From an uncultured Candidatus Saccharibacteria bacterium (GTDB lineage Bacteria > Patescibacteriota > Minisyncoccia > UBA6257 > WO2-44-18): DNA of 64,000 nt. Of the stretch, positions 18,361 to 28,443 are shown piece after piece; positions within the stretch are counted from its first letter, which is position 1; each line of letters opens with the position of its first letter. The translations under genes were made by a program, and so were the position numbers. The stretch is taken from contig CAZWVU010000001.1 of the NCBI GenBank assembly GCA_964637575.1, forward strand, positions 53,009 to 117,008. Reading direction: 5' to 3'. The notes below the pieces were generated by a model. It was not told the origin of the DNA. It ran no database searches and worked only from the letters and a program-made list of their open reading frames with translations.

Positions 18361-18426
18361 AACACTCTCTCTTTCTCAATGTAAAAAAACTATCCCAATA
18401 GTAGCCGAACTATTTCTTCTTGGCAA
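18361..18426 (-). promoter_or_regulatory. promoter + boxA-like leader (hddA)
   Basis: TTGCCA(18421-18426)-17-TACTAT(18398-18403); TTACATTGAGAA (18373-18384); purine-rich AGAGAGAG before GTG. Confidence 0.65.
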
Positions 18427-19210
18427 TAAAATAAAATCCGGCGGTGATCGTTTCCGCGGACCCGTACCGAGCAAACACGTAATCAAGCAGCTTGAGCGGC
18501 GAAGTAATAATCACCATCAGAATCCAGATCAGGTCTTTCAGGATTTTAATGTTGAAGGAAAGTGCCAGCGCCACCCACTCCTGCATCACCGACAGAAAGG
18601 CGCAGGTCGGGCCGACGTCCGGTTTCAGCTCCAGAATTTCAAACGCGGAGAATAATTCCCGGAGACCGTCGGCCGTCCACCGGTAATAGTCTTTGGGCGA
18701 AGGGTGGTACGGAGTGATGAAGTTGGTGGAAAGATAGAGATGGCCGCCGGGCTTCAGCACGCGGCGCATTTCTTCCGCCACCCGCACGGGATCCTTCATA
18801 TGCTCGAGCACCCAGGCAAACACAATCCCGTCCACCGAATTATCGGCGAAGGGCAGGTCATGGGCGTCCGCCAGAATATCCACGTAGTGCCACGGATGGA
18901 TGTCGACATTCACGATGTCCGGATGAATCCGCCGGTTGCCCGATCCGACTTCCACCACCAGCCCTCCCTTGGGAGCGTAATGAAAAATCGATTTGGGCGG
19001 TTTCCCCAGGAAGAGCGCGGGTGCGACGAAATAAAAAATAAATGAATACAGCCAGGGAATTTTTTTGAGGGCGGTTTTCAGCCGGTTAATGAAACCGGTG
19101 TGGAGATCGCCCCGCATTTCCTCGAATCCGGAATCGGAAATAAAGAGGGGCTTGCCGTCCACCAGCCGTTCCGGATTTTTTTTAAAACGGACCGCGTCAA
19201 GTCTGTTCAT
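18410..19210 (-). CDS. class I SAM-dependent methyltransferase
   Basis: VEVGSG, DAHDLPF, VLEH, RVLKPGG, HPSPKDYYRW. Confidence 0.85.
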   Translation of the reverse strand: MNRLDAVRFKKNPERLVDGKPLFISDSGFEEMRGDLHTGFINRLKTALKKIPWLYSFIFYFVAPALFLGKPPKSIFHYAPKGGLVVEVGSGNRRIHPDIVNVDIHPWHYVDILADAHDLPFADNSVDGIVFAWVLEHMKDPVRVAEEMRRVLKPGGHLYLSTNFITPYHPSPKDYYRWTADGLRELFSAFEILELKPDVGPTCAFLSVMQEWVALALSFNIKILKDLIWILMVIITSPLKLLDYVFARYGSAETITAGFYFIAKKK

Positions 19211-21045
19211 TTTTTAATTCTGTAAATTTCCACGGACGGATTTTTGTACACTAATTCTAGGTTCGGATTGTTCCCGAAGTCAACCTGGCTGAATGAACGC
19301 TCCAGCGGGCCCACGTAGACATAGTCAGCCGCAAGATCACTCCAGCGGACATCGGTCTGGCGGTAGCGCGCGAGGAGCTCCTGGATTTTTTCTTCGGGAA
19401 TCGTGGTGATGCCCAGTTTGTAGTAATAGTAGAGCTGATAGAGATGGAGCCGGTCATCCGCCAGATTGCTCGTCGCGTAGACTTTGTCGCAATCCTGGCT
19501 GCAGGGCAGCCCCTTCCCGCCTCGCAATCGCAATTCCAAAATTTTTTCCGAAACGCCGAATATCTTATTGGTTTCCAGATAGCGTTTTTCTATTTCAAAA
19601 TTGGATAACGGCGACAGGCCTCCGATCGGCATCGTCGGCCGCGCGGAACTGAAGGCCATTTCATATACGCCGGTGATGAATGAAGGCGAGACAACCCGGG
19701 GCTCTTTCAGATTGGCGTCCATCCACTGCCAGCTTGCCAGCAGATTTTCCGGCAAACGGTATTCGGAAAGAATCTGCGGGGATGGATGGATAAACCCGGC
19801 GGCGTTTACCAGTTTTTTACCGACCAGAAGCGCGATCATGAGGATCAGTCCGGCAGTAATGAATTTTTTAAGCGCCGGTTTTTTCGCGGCGGCCATTCCC
19901 GCAAGTTCGTACACCAGATCGAACGCCGCCACAAACAGCGGCATATCGATGACGCGCGGCCAGTGATCCGAATGGGGAACAAAGCCCAGCACCACCTGAA
20001 CGTTCCAGACCACCACTGCCGCCGCAAGCAACGACCAGTAGAATACCGCCTTGGATTTCTTTTCCTGAACCCGCCAGAACACGAAATAAATGAGCACCGC
20101 GGCGGCGAGATATAAAAGATAATACGGCCAGGCCGCCCAGCGGAACTGCGACCCCACCTCCAGGCCAAGCCGGTTGATATAGTCTTTGTATCCGAGCTGG
20201 CCGTTGAGCTTCACCTGGCCGAGGAAGTAGGGAATGCTCACGAGCAACACTGTCCCCATCAGCAGGATGAAATTTTTTATCAACGGACGGTTGCCGCGGA
20301 AAAACGCCAGGGCGCCCACAAACATGAAACCGCCGACTGTCACCCAGTAACTCCAGATGTGGAAATACGTGTAGAAAAGCAGGCCGGAAACAAGGCCGGC
20401 AATAATCGCCGTTGAAGGTTTCGGACGCTTCCAGAATATCAGCACCGTCGCGATTGCCGGCAGATACACCAGGCTGGTCAGAAGCGGATAATCCACCCGG
20501 GCAAAAAACAAAAGTGGCAGAAACGTTTTCACCCCGGGGTAGAAATTATTGAGGACAATCGCGGCAAACCGGTCGGGACTGAAGAACGCCTGCGAAAGCA
20601 CGAGCGCCATCGGCGTCAGCGTCCCGACAAACGCCAGGAACAGCGACCAGAGGCGGTTCCGGTCAAATATCAGCCACCCGATCCAGAAAAACAGCAGAAA
20701 GATCCCCGCGGAAAAAACCGCGAGCGCGGCCAGATACGCCGGCGTAATCTGATGAAATAAAAAGACAAAGAGAGAAAGAAGGAGTGGCGGAATTGGCGGA
20801 TAGATATTGGCAAGCGTGTGATCGAAAAACAGATCGGCCGGCGGAAAATGGCCGTCATAAATTTCCCGGGAAAACTGGAAATACGCATCGCCGCCATCAT
20901 CCAGAGTATTAAATTGCGACAATACAAATGTCCGGCCCGAACCGTCGACTGCGCGCTTGATAAGAAGCTGGGGGGCGAGATAAAGGCTGCCCACCAGCAG
21001 GGCGGAGCACGCCACGATGATCCAAAAATACCGGGAACGGCTCAT
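19207..21045 (-). CDS. polytopic membrane protein, GT-C/oligosaccharyltransferase-like
   Basis: About 11-12 hydrophobic segments, acidic DDGGDAY loop after TM1, soluble C-terminal domain ending ELVYKNPSVEIYRIK; downstream of a polyprenyl-phosphate GT2. Confidence 0.5.
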   Translation of the reverse strand: MSRSRYFWIIVACSALLVGSLYLAPQLLIKRAVDGSGRTFVLSQFNTLDDGGDAYFQFSREIYDGHFPPADLFFDHTLANIYPPIPPLLLSLFVFLFHQITPAYLAALAVFSAGIFLLFFWIGWLIFDRNRLWSLFLAFVGTLTPMALVLSQAFFSPDRFAAIVLNNFYPGVKTFLPLLFFARVDYPLLTSLVYLPAIATVLIFWKRPKPSTAIIAGLVSGLLFYTYFHIWSYWVTVGGFMFVGALAFFRGNRPLIKNFILLMGTVLLVSIPYFLGQVKLNGQLGYKDYINRLGLEVGSQFRWAAWPYYLLYLAAAVLIYFVFWRVQEKKSKAVFYWSLLAAAVVVWNVQVVLGFVPHSDHWPRVIDMPLFVAAFDLVYELAGMAAAKKPALKKFITAGLILMIALLVGKKLVNAAGFIHPSPQILSEYRLPENLLASWQWMDANLKEPRVVSPSFITGVYEMAFSSARPTMPIGGLSPLSNFEIEKRYLETNKIFGVSEKILELRLRGGKGLPCSQDCDKVYATSNLADDRLHLYQLYYYYKLGITTIPEEKIQELLARYRQTDVRWSDLAADYVYVGPLERSFSQVDFGNNPNLELVYKNPSVEIYRIKK

Positions 21046-21935
21046 TGTCTGATAATTTCTTTAATCTGATAGGGACGGAGATCGCGGGAGTCGTAATAAT
21101 TTCTCCATAAAAGTTCGGCGATGATTCCCAGCAAAGGGAACAGGGAAATCAGAATCAGGAAAATCCCGATCAGCACCGGCAGGATCATATTCAACCACAC
21201 TGCGAGCGCCAGAGAAGCCGCCGCCAGGGCCGCCACTCCCAATCCCAGTGCGCTGAAAAAAAGCATCGGCCGGGTGCGCGGCGCCAGAACCCGCACCATC
21301 AGCAAATCAGCGATCGCTTTGACGCCGGCGAGAAGATGATGTTTGGAAAGTCCCGATTTCCGTTCGTGGTGGGTTACTTCCACTTCGGTAATCCGGGCGC
21401 CGCGGAGAAACAGCTGGGCCGCCAGAAATACATGCTGAACTCCGGCAAGGTGTATCCCGTCCAGCCAGGATTTCCGGTAGACCTTCAGGGCGCAGGCATG
21501 GTCGTGCAGGTTCAATCCGCTGATTTTTCTTGTCAGCCAGTTGGCCATCCGCGAATGGAAACGCCGGCCGAAACTGTCGTGCCGGTCCCGGCGCCATCCG
21601 GCCACCACGTCATATCCCTCGCGCGCTTTCGCCATCATCGCGGGAATGTCGCGCGGATCGTTCTGGAGATCGCCGTCCATAATCACCACCCACTCTCCCT
21701 TGGCCGCCTTGATGCCGGCATCGAGTGCCAGTGTCTGACCGAAATTCTTCGGCAGGACGACAATGGTAACCGGGTGAAGCGTCTTCAAAATTTCCAGCGT
21801 GGCGTCGGTGGAACCGTTATCCACGACAATAATTTCGTACGGCTCCCCCATCGCGTCCAGGGTTTCCTTATTCAGGCGGTGCAATTCCTTCACATTGCCC
21901 TCTTCGTTATAGGTGGGAAAAATTACAGAAATCAT
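21042..21935 (-). CDS. GT2 polyprenyl-phosphate glycosyltransferase (ArnC/GtrB-like)
   Basis: FPTYNEE, VDNGSTD, NFGQ, MDGDLQNDP, two C-terminal TM helices. Confidence 0.9.
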   Translation of the reverse strand: MISVIFPTYNEEGNVKELHRLNKETLDAMGEPYEIIVVDNGSTDATLEILKTLHPVTIVVLPKNFGQTLALDAGIKAAKGEWVVIMDGDLQNDPRDIPAMMAKAREGYDVVAGWRRDRHDSFGRRFHSRMANWLTRKISGLNLHDHACALKVYRKSWLDGIHLAGVQHVFLAAQLFLRGARITEVEVTHHERKSGLSKHHLLAGVKAIADLLMVRVLAPRTRPMLFFSALGLGVAALAAASLALAVWLNMILPVLIGIFLILISLFPLLGIIAELLWRNYYDSRDLRPYQIKEIIRQ

Positions 21936-21939
21936 TTTC

Positions 21940-23253
21940 TTATTTTACTATGGTATCCAGAAAATCGACATGCCGCTTATACGACATACCATCTTTCACC
22001 GGCATGAAGACGCTGCTCAATGCCGCCCGCTTATCGGCGTCGATTGCCGGATTTTTCAGGTACATGGCGATATAATCGAGACATTCAGCTTCGGTATAGG
22101 CCATGCGGACCGCCCCCGAACGGACAATCGGCTGGTAATGTTCGTAGGTGTAGTGCTTCAGGGTCGGCTGATCCGGCCAGGCAATGTTAATAACCGGCCT
22201 GTCCAGAACGACCCCGTCGATGGAAAGAGTTGAGGTGTAATTCACGTTTACATCCGAGTACAGAAAAGACGCCTTGAGATTAAGAAGGTCGGCTTCCGGA
22301 TTCTTCGGCGCGAATTCCTCCACATGCAGATCCGGCTCCTGCAGAAATTCCCGATATCGTTCGATTGAATCTTTGTAGTGCAGGCGGACGAAAAGATTCA
22401 CATACTCGATGCGCTTTTCCTTTCGTGCCCGCAGCAGCAGGCGGAGCACTTCATCGTGATGAGGATAGACGCCGTGCGAGGTGGTGCTGAAAAAAATCGT
22501 CTTGTATTTCGGATTCAATCCTTTGCTCTTCAAAAATGCGTCGCGGGAAATAAAGTCGGGATACTTCCGGAAATAAGGATCAAGGCGCATCATACCGGAC
22601 ACGAAAATCCGCTCCGCGGGATGCTGGTACAACCGCACCAATTCATCCTGAATAATGCCGTTCCAGACGATGAAATAATCCGGCCGGCGGAACACCTTGG
22701 TCTTGGTGGTCAGATTGTCCCAACTGGCATCAATTGCCGCCGTCGGTATCCCCGCTTTTCGGCCGAACGCGATCGCTTCGGCATCGAGGTTGCTGATGCC
22801 GGGCGTCGCGGTGAGGATCGCCGCGGGCTGGTACTCCTCAGCGTAGCGCCGGAATGCCGCGTATGATGCGCGGGGCAACAGAAGACGTTCAAGAAAAAAA
22901 ATAGCGTCCACTGAAGTAAGGGGGCCGGCCCAGGCGGCAAGTTTCATGATAATTTTTCGGGGAAGCGTGGTGGCGGCTTTTTCCTTTTTAAACCGCTGGA
23001 CGCGCAGCCTATCGAATTGTCTCACCAGAAGCGCCCTCACCCGCTTGGCCATATCCCAAAAACGCGCGTTTTGCACGCGCCAGGGAATATAGATGATTCG
23101 CGGCGACTTCAGGAATCCTTTGTCGGATTCAAGAAGCTCGCTTCGCACAAAGGCGACGACGCGATACCGATCGCTGAGATACTTCGCGTAATCGCCCCGC
23201 AGAAGATCCAGCGCATAAATTTCCTTGGATAAAAATAAAAATACGGTTTTCAT
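21940..23253 (-). CDS. GT-B glycosyltransferase, CDP-glycerol glycerophosphotransferase-like family
   Basis: SWDNLT, STLSIDGVVLDRPVI, HYQPIV. Confidence 0.7.
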   Translation of the reverse strand: MKTVFLFLSKEIYALDLLRGDYAKYLSDRYRVVAFVRSELLESDKGFLKSPRIIYIPWRVQNARFWDMAKRVRALLVRQFDRLRVQRFKKEKAATTLPRKIIMKLAAWAGPLTSVDAIFFLERLLLPRASYAAFRRYAEEYQPAAILTATPGISNLDAEAIAFGRKAGIPTAAIDASWDNLTTKTKVFRRPDYFIVWNGIIQDELVRLYQHPAERIFVSGMMRLDPYFRKYPDFISRDAFLKSKGLNPKYKTIFFSTTSHGVYPHHDEVLRLLLRARKEKRIEYVNLFVRLHYKDSIERYREFLQEPDLHVEEFAPKNPEADLLNLKASFLYSDVNVNYTSTLSIDGVVLDRPVINIAWPDQPTLKHYTYEHYQPIVRSGAVRMAYTEAECLDYIAMYLKNPAIDADKRAALSSVFMPVKDGMSYKRHVDFLDTIVK

Positions 23254-24056
23254 TATGGACGTTCCAAAATCGGAAATTTCTTCAGACGCTCCTCTTTATG
23301 CGCAAGAAATTCAGCAATCATGCCACTCTTGAACCGTTCCTGCATCCGCAAGATGGATTCCGGCGTAAGGTCTTTTGACCGGCAGAGTTTTCCCGGCACG
23401 GAGCGGTCCTGCGCTTCCGGCGCGATCCGGCCCTGATCGTAGAGGATCAGGCAGCGCCTGAGAAGCTCTGCCCCCGCCATCACCGTCTTGCAGTTAATAT
23501 CGTAGACAGTATCCGATTTCTTCATTTCCGGACGGACCTGGCCGAGCACGGCCCCCGCATCCACTTTCAGGATCGCCAGATGCACGGTCACGCCGACGCA
23601 TTCCGGCTCCCCGTTCACCAGCGGCCAGAAATTAGTGCCCGCGCCGCGGTAGTAAGGAGAAAGCCCGAGATGCATATTGATAATCCTGTTTTCAAAGGCC
23701 GTGAGCAGGGGGTCTTTAATAATGCTTGAACCGAATAAGAGAATGTACTTCGGCTTACGGGCAGTCACCCATTCATACACCTGTTGATCATTGGCGCCAC
23801 CCCAGGGAACTTCAAGGATATCTTCTTTCGCGATTCCATAATCCTTATACGCACCAAAATACGCCGATTCGGCTTCGGCCCGGTTTTTGTCATGCGCTTC
23901 AACTACGGCATTGGCGCCTGAATTCGGATCCTGAAACAGCGGTTTTTTCTTTTCCGTTACCACGCCCGCCACGCGGAAGGTTTCCCCAAGCTTCGTCACC
24001 ACATACCGATGGCGCGGGGCGTTGCCGGTAAATATAAGAACGGGTATTTTTTCCAT
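23253..24056 (-). CDS. formyltransferase family protein (sugar N-formyltransferase candidate)
   Basis: NMHLGLSPYYRG, GVTVH, VDAG (Formyl_trans_N catalytic Asn/His/Asp). Confidence 0.8.
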   Translation of the reverse strand: MEKIPVLIFTGNAPRHRYVVTKLGETFRVAGVVTEKKKPLFQDPNSGANAVVEAHDKNRAEAESAYFGAYKDYGIAKEDILEVPWGGANDQQVYEWVTARKPKYILLFGSSIIKDPLLTAFENRIINMHLGLSPYYRGAGTNFWPLVNGEPECVGVTVHLAILKVDAGAVLGQVRPEMKKSDTVYDINCKTVMAGAELLRRCLILYDQGRIAPEAQDRSVPGKLCRSKDLTPESILRMQERFKSGMIAEFLAHKEERLKKFPILERP

Positions 24057-24064
24057 GATGATCA

Positions 24065-24793
24065 TTATTTTTCCCGGAGTACGTAGACAACATTATAGCC
24101 GACCAGTTCCTTCGCGTTCTTTATATGCCTGAAAAGCGGCCAGCCGAGCAGGAGAAGTTTTTCCACCCAGGTCGCGCTCCGGAAAAATGCCGCGTCCCGA
24201 CGGAGAAAGTAATCCTTCCCGGCCAGGTCGAAATATTTAAGAAATGACTTTTCAAATACTCCTTTCGGAAACGCGCTGATGTGATTGTTTTTCGATTTAT
24301 AGCGCGGAAGATCCCCGTGGCGGAAGAATGTCCAACGGTGCTTGAAGGAAAAGATATTGGGCATGGAAACAAAAAAGAGGCCGCCCGGCTTTAGCACCCG
24401 CCTCACTTCGCGGAGAAGATTGTGGGGATTTTCCAGGTGCGGGAGAAGGCACCAGGCCGCCGCCGCGTCGAATGAAGCGTCCGGCCAGGGCAGTGGCTGG
24501 AGACTCAGATCGGCTGTTTTGAAATCATGAATTGCCTCTCTGCCGGCCGGTTGCCGGAAATCACCGATATCGGTGGCGGAAATACGGCCGAAACCCGCCG
24601 TTTTCAGCTGTTCCGCAAAGACGCCCCCCGCGGTGGCGAGATCCAGAACAGCCAGCCCCGACCGGTCGCCCGGATAGTAGTGCTCCACAAGGTCAATCGC
24701 GAACCGGGACTTCACCAGCCGGCCGGCCGAATAATCGGCCATCGCCTGATCGTACCGATCCGACTTCATCTCCTCTTTCGTAAGATATTTCAT
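24065..24793 (-). CDS. class I SAM-dependent methyltransferase (paralog 1)
   Basis: VLDLATAGG, LPWPDASFD, WCLLPHLENP, RVLKPGG, NNHI. Confidence 0.85.
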   Translation of the reverse strand: MKYLTKEEMKSDRYDQAMADYSAGRLVKSRFAIDLVEHYYPGDRSGLAVLDLATAGGVFAEQLKTAGFGRISATDIGDFRQPAGREAIHDFKTADLSLQPLPWPDASFDAAAAWCLLPHLENPHNLLREVRRVLKPGGLFFVSMPNIFSFKHRWTFFRHGDLPRYKSKNNHISAFPKGVFEKSFLKYFDLAGKDYFLRRDAAFFRSATWVEKLLLLGWPLFRHIKNAKELVGYNVVYVLREK

Positions 24794-25503
24794 TTCTTCA
24801 TCTTAAGAAGGCAGCGGGCCAGCTCCAGGTCAAATACATCATTGATATCATGGGCGCTTGGCGAATCAACCGCAAAGCCCACCCGCTTTCCCGGCTCCAT
24901 CTTTTTTTCTTTCATAAAAGACTCGCGGCTAAACCAATAAATGCCCCCGAAGGCGTAACGCTTCGGATCGGACTGCCGCGTCGGATGGCTGTAGTGTTCC
25001 GCCGGATTATCATATTCCAGATATCCTTCGGATGTGACGTGCCGGACATGGTAGGGATGGAATATTCTCGGCACCTCCACCGTAGAAATGCCGGAGTCGG
25101 CTCCTTTTTCGCGCATAAGATCGAACACGGCGCGGATATGTTCAGGTTTTACAAAGGCGGAGGTAGGCTGGACTACTAATATATAGTCCGGGAGAAATGC
25201 CTCTTTCTCCTCAAGCCAGCGGACGGCATGATCGATGACCGGGGCGGTGGGCGTGGTATCCTGCGCCAGTTCAGCCGGACGGAGAAAGGGTGTTTCGGCG
25301 CCGTGCTTTCTCGCGGCTTCGGCAATGTCGGAATTGTCCGTGCTGACAAATATCCGGTCCACCAGGCCGCTTTTCCGGATCGCTTCGATGGAATAGGCGA
25401 TCAGAGGCCGGCCCTCAAGATCGATAATGTTTTTCCTTGGAATAGACTTGGAATTGCCCCGTGCGGGCACGATCGCTACGTTGTGAAGCTTGCGGGACAG
25501 CAT
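24790..25503 (-). CDS. neuA: acylneuraminate (nonulosonate) cytidylyltransferase
   Basis: IVPARGNSKSIPRKN, VSTD, FLRPAELAQD, QPTS, DIND..D. Confidence 0.9.
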   Translation of the reverse strand: MLSRKLHNVAIVPARGNSKSIPRKNIIDLEGRPLIAYSIEAIRKSGLVDRIFVSTDNSDIAEAARKHGAETPFLRPAELAQDTTPTAPVIDHAVRWLEEKEAFLPDYILVVQPTSAFVKPEHIRAVFDLMREKGADSGISTVEVPRIFHPYHVRHVTSEGYLEYDNPAEHYSHPTRQSDPKRYAFGGIYWFSRESFMKEKKMEPGKRVGFAVDSPSAHDINDVFDLELARCLLKMKK

Positions 25504-25518
25504 AAAGTTACTACCATG

Positions 25519-26469
25519 CTATCGCGGATTGGAAGGATAGGCAATCTGATTAAGATAATCGCGCAGATGGTTCGTATCGTAACGCGGAATCATAAACGGA
25601 TCGTCTTCCACCCTGGCCGCCCGCGGTTCAATGGTTACCCCGTAATGGAACCCGGCGGCCTTCAGCAAGGGGAACATCTCGGGACGATAATGGCCGTGCG
25701 GATAGGAAAACACCTCCACAGGCCGGCCGACTATCCCGGCCAAATTTTTCTGCGAAAGCTCAAATTCCCGGCGCAAGGCGGCTTCGTCCAGGCCGCGAAG
25801 CGAATGGTGGGAGTGGGAGTGGCTGCCAATGGCCATTCCCCGGTCGGCCAGTTCCCGGATCTGTTCCCGGGTCAGAAAAAGCTGTGCCGCAATCTCTTTT
25901 TCATTTTGAAAATGACCGCGGAACGTGTCCGCGAGAAATTCCTCCCGGACACTGTTCGGTAAAAGCGCTATTACTTCCTTAAAATTCGCGGTCAGCGTCG
26001 TTTCGTACACCCGGGTCACGCTCATTTTCCGGTCGCGGGAAATCGGATACTTCCCGGCAAGGTCGGGGTGCCGGTCTTTTAAAAATTGTTCCAAAAGGCT
26101 CACGAGCTTCTCCGAAGGAATATTGGAAAGGAGAAAGTGGATTTTATGGGTCGCCGGCAGGACGCCCTCCAGCGTGGAACTTACCGGGAAAAACGTGGCG
26201 GTGGCGCGGTGGCGCATGAGCGCCGGCAGGGCGTACTGATAGTTATCCGCCAAACCGTCATCAAACGTAAGGGCGGAAAATACTCCCGCACGTTTCCCGC
26301 GCGCCGCTTCCAAAACTTCCGGAACCGAAACGATCCGCGAATGCTCCGACAAAAACCGCACCTGCCGTTCGAACTCGGCCACCGGGCAGGGATGAATTCC
26401 GGAATGGTCCGGACGCGGATCCTCCACGTAATGATAATTTACGACCAAATAACTGCCTAGGCTTTCCAT
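25519..26469 (-). CDS. polysaccharide deacetylase (CE4)
   Basis: YHYV, LTFDDG, IGSHSHSH, FSYPHG. Confidence 0.9.
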   Translation of the reverse strand: MESLGSYLVVNYHYVEDPRPDHSGIHPCPVAEFERQVRFLSEHSRIVSVPEVLEAARGKRAGVFSALTFDDGLADNYQYALPALMRHRATATFFPVSSTLEGVLPATHKIHFLLSNIPSEKLVSLLEQFLKDRHPDLAGKYPISRDRKMSVTRVYETTLTANFKEVIALLPNSVREEFLADTFRGHFQNEKEIAAQLFLTREQIRELADRGMAIGSHSHSHHSLRGLDEAALRREFELSQKNLAGIVGRPVEVFSYPHGHYRPEMFPLLKAAGFHYGVTIEPRAARVEDDPFMIPRYDTNHLRDYLNQIAYPSNPR

Positions 26470-27419
26470 ATTTTTTTCATCTCCGCAACCACTAATTCGC
26501 TGATATACGCCTGGGTTCGCCCGGTCGCTTCCCGCGTGGCGCCTCCGAGATGCGGGACAATGAGAAGATTCTGATGCTGCCTGGCGTACCGCACCAGAGG
26601 ATTGTTTTTCAGATGACTACCATCCGGCATCTCGCCCGCAAGCGTGTCCACCGCGGCGCCGGCAATCCATTTTTGCCGGAGTGCTTTGAGAAGCGCCCGC
26701 TCGTCGGTAATTTCACCCCGGGCCGTATTGATGAATACCGCCTCCGGCTTCATGAGCCGGAAATGTTGCTCCTGAATAAGCCGGTAGGTGCGGTCATTAT
26801 ATATAGTATGCAGGGAAACAATATCCGCCGTCCGCAGAAGCTGGCCAACGCTGACTTTACGCGCCCCGAATTTCTTCATCACGGCGGCGGAAACATATGG
26901 ATCGCAGGCGGTTACCGACATGCCGAATGCCCGACTGTAACCGGCGACCATTTTCCCCAAACGGCCAAAACCGATCAGGCCGATCGTTTTGCCGGCCAGC
27001 TCGCGTCCGCCGTATTTTTTCCTTTCCCACTCTCCCTTCTGAATCGACGAAAAGGCCCAAGGAATATTCCGGAGCAGGGCCAGCAATAACGCCATTGTTT
27101 CTTCGGCGGTGGATGGGGTATTCCGCAATACGGGAGAGTCCGCTTTGATATTCACCACAGCAATGCCCCGGCGGCGGCATTCGTCGAGGTCGAGATACCG
27201 CAGCTGGGTGGTCCGGCTGCCGATTACTTTCAGTTTCTTTGCCTTTTTCAAAAGCGCCGCATTGAATTTTATATCCAGCGCGGTGACCACCACACCGGCA
27301 GCCGGCAGGTGTTTCAAAAAATTCTTCCGGGAAGAAAAGTCCACGACCCTCCCCGCGGCGGATAGGATTTTTTTCGCATGCGCGTCGAATCCTTCTTCGG
27401 CAATAAGAATTGTAGGCAT
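26457..27419 (-). CDS. D-isomer 2-hydroxyacid dehydrogenase (SerA-like)
   Basis: GLIGFGRLG, FINTARG, AAVD, PHLGG. Confidence 0.9.
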   Translation of the reverse strand: MPTILIAEEGFDAHAKKILSAAGRVVDFSSRKNFLKHLPAAGVVVTALDIKFNAALLKKAKKLKVIGSRTTQLRYLDLDECRRRGIAVVNIKADSPVLRNTPSTAEETMALLLALLRNIPWAFSSIQKGEWERKKYGGRELAGKTIGLIGFGRLGKMVAGYSRAFGMSVTACDPYVSAAVMKKFGARKVSVGQLLRTADIVSLHTIYNDRTYRLIQEQHFRLMKPEAVFINTARGEITDERALLKALRQKWIAGAAVDTLAGEMPDGSHLKNNPLVRYARQHQNLLIVPHLGGATREATGRTQAYISELVVAEMKKIWKA

Positions 27420-27441
27420 CTGGTTATGAGATTAACAAAGG

Positions 27442-27470
27442 TTGCCCGAACGCGCCAGTTATTTTATAAT
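27442..27470 (+). promoter_or_regulatory. sigma70 promoter, leaderless
   Basis: TTGCCC-17-TATAAT, 7 nt to ATG 27478. Confidence 0.7.
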
Positions 27471-27477
27471 AAAGGCG

Positions 27478-28443
27478 ATGTTGAGCACCAAAACCATTCT
27501 TGTGACCGGCTGCGCGGGATTTATCGGATCGAATTTCGTTAAAAAATTCAGGCAGGATGTCCCGGCTATTACCGTAGTTGGAATCGACAATTTTTCCACG
27601 GGAAGAAGGGACGCGCTCGATAAAGGAATAGTTTTTTATGAAGGCTCGCTGCTGGACGCGCCGCTGCTGGAAAAAATATTTTCCTCACATGCGCCGGAAT
27701 ACGTGTTTCACTTCGCCGCCGTTCCCCGGGTATCCTATTCGGTGGAACATCCGCGCGACACCACCGAAAACAATATCACCGGCACCGTGGCGCTGCTGGA
27801 AGCCGCGAAAAATCACGGCGTGAAACGCGTAATCTATTCCGCCTCGTCTTCCGTCTATGGAGGAGCGGCGAAGCTGCCGACCAAGGAGTCAGAAAATGCG
27901 CCTGACCCGAAATCTCCCTACGGCCTGCAGAAATATGTCGGCGAAGTGTTTTGCAAAATATTCAGCGATCTTTATGGAATGGATACGGTTTCGCTCCGTT
28001 ATTTCAATGTGTTCGGGCCGGGACAATATGGCGACTCGCCATATGCGAGCGTTATTTCCGGCTGGCTGGACGGTCTTTTCTTTCCAAACGCCGGCCGGAA
28101 ACCTTTTCTGGAAGGCGACGGCGAACAATCCCGGGATTTTTGCTACATCGACAACGTGATCCAGGCGAACCTTTTGGCGATGCGGCATCCGCAACCGCTG
28201 AAAGGCCAGAGTTTTAATATCGCGTATGGCGGAAGAACCAGCGTCAACGAAGTGCGCCGGATGATTGAAGCGATGACCGGCAAAAGCCTGTCCCTTGAAG
28301 GGCGGCCGCCCCGGCCGGGCGACGTCAAACATTCTTATGCCGACATTTCCCGCGCCCGCGAAACACTCGGATACGATCCCCAAGTAAATTTCGAAGAAGG
28401 CCTGCGGCGCACCGTCGCCTGGTATCAGTCCCGAACGTCGTAA
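27478..28443 (+). CDS. UDP-GlcNAc/UDP-Glc 4-epimerase-like (WbpP/TviC family)
   Basis: TGCAGFIG, SSSVYG, PKSPYGLQK, LRYFNVFGP, GDGEQSRDF. Confidence 0.9.
   Translation: MLSTKTILVTGCAGFIGSNFVKKFRQDVPAITVVGIDNFSTGRRDALDKGIVFYEGSLLDAPLLEKIFSSHAPEYVFHFAAVPRVSYSVEHPRDTTENNITGTVALLEAAKNHGVKRVIYSASSSVYGGAAKLPTKESENAPDPKSPYGLQKYVGEVFCKIFSDLYGMDTVSLRYFNVFGPGQYGDSPYASVISGWLDGLFFPNAGRKPFLEGDGEQSRDFCYIDNVIQANLLAMRHPQPLKGQSFNIAYGGRTSVNEVRRMIEAMTGKSLSLEGRPPRPGDVKHSYADISRARETLGYDPQVNFEEGLRRTVAWYQSRTS

Noticed and set aside
14418-18384. Long plus-strand ORFs (450, 497, 353 aa) and similar antisense ORFs elsewhere
   Set aside because: Shadows of GC3-rich minus-strand genes; no recognisable motifs or start signals.
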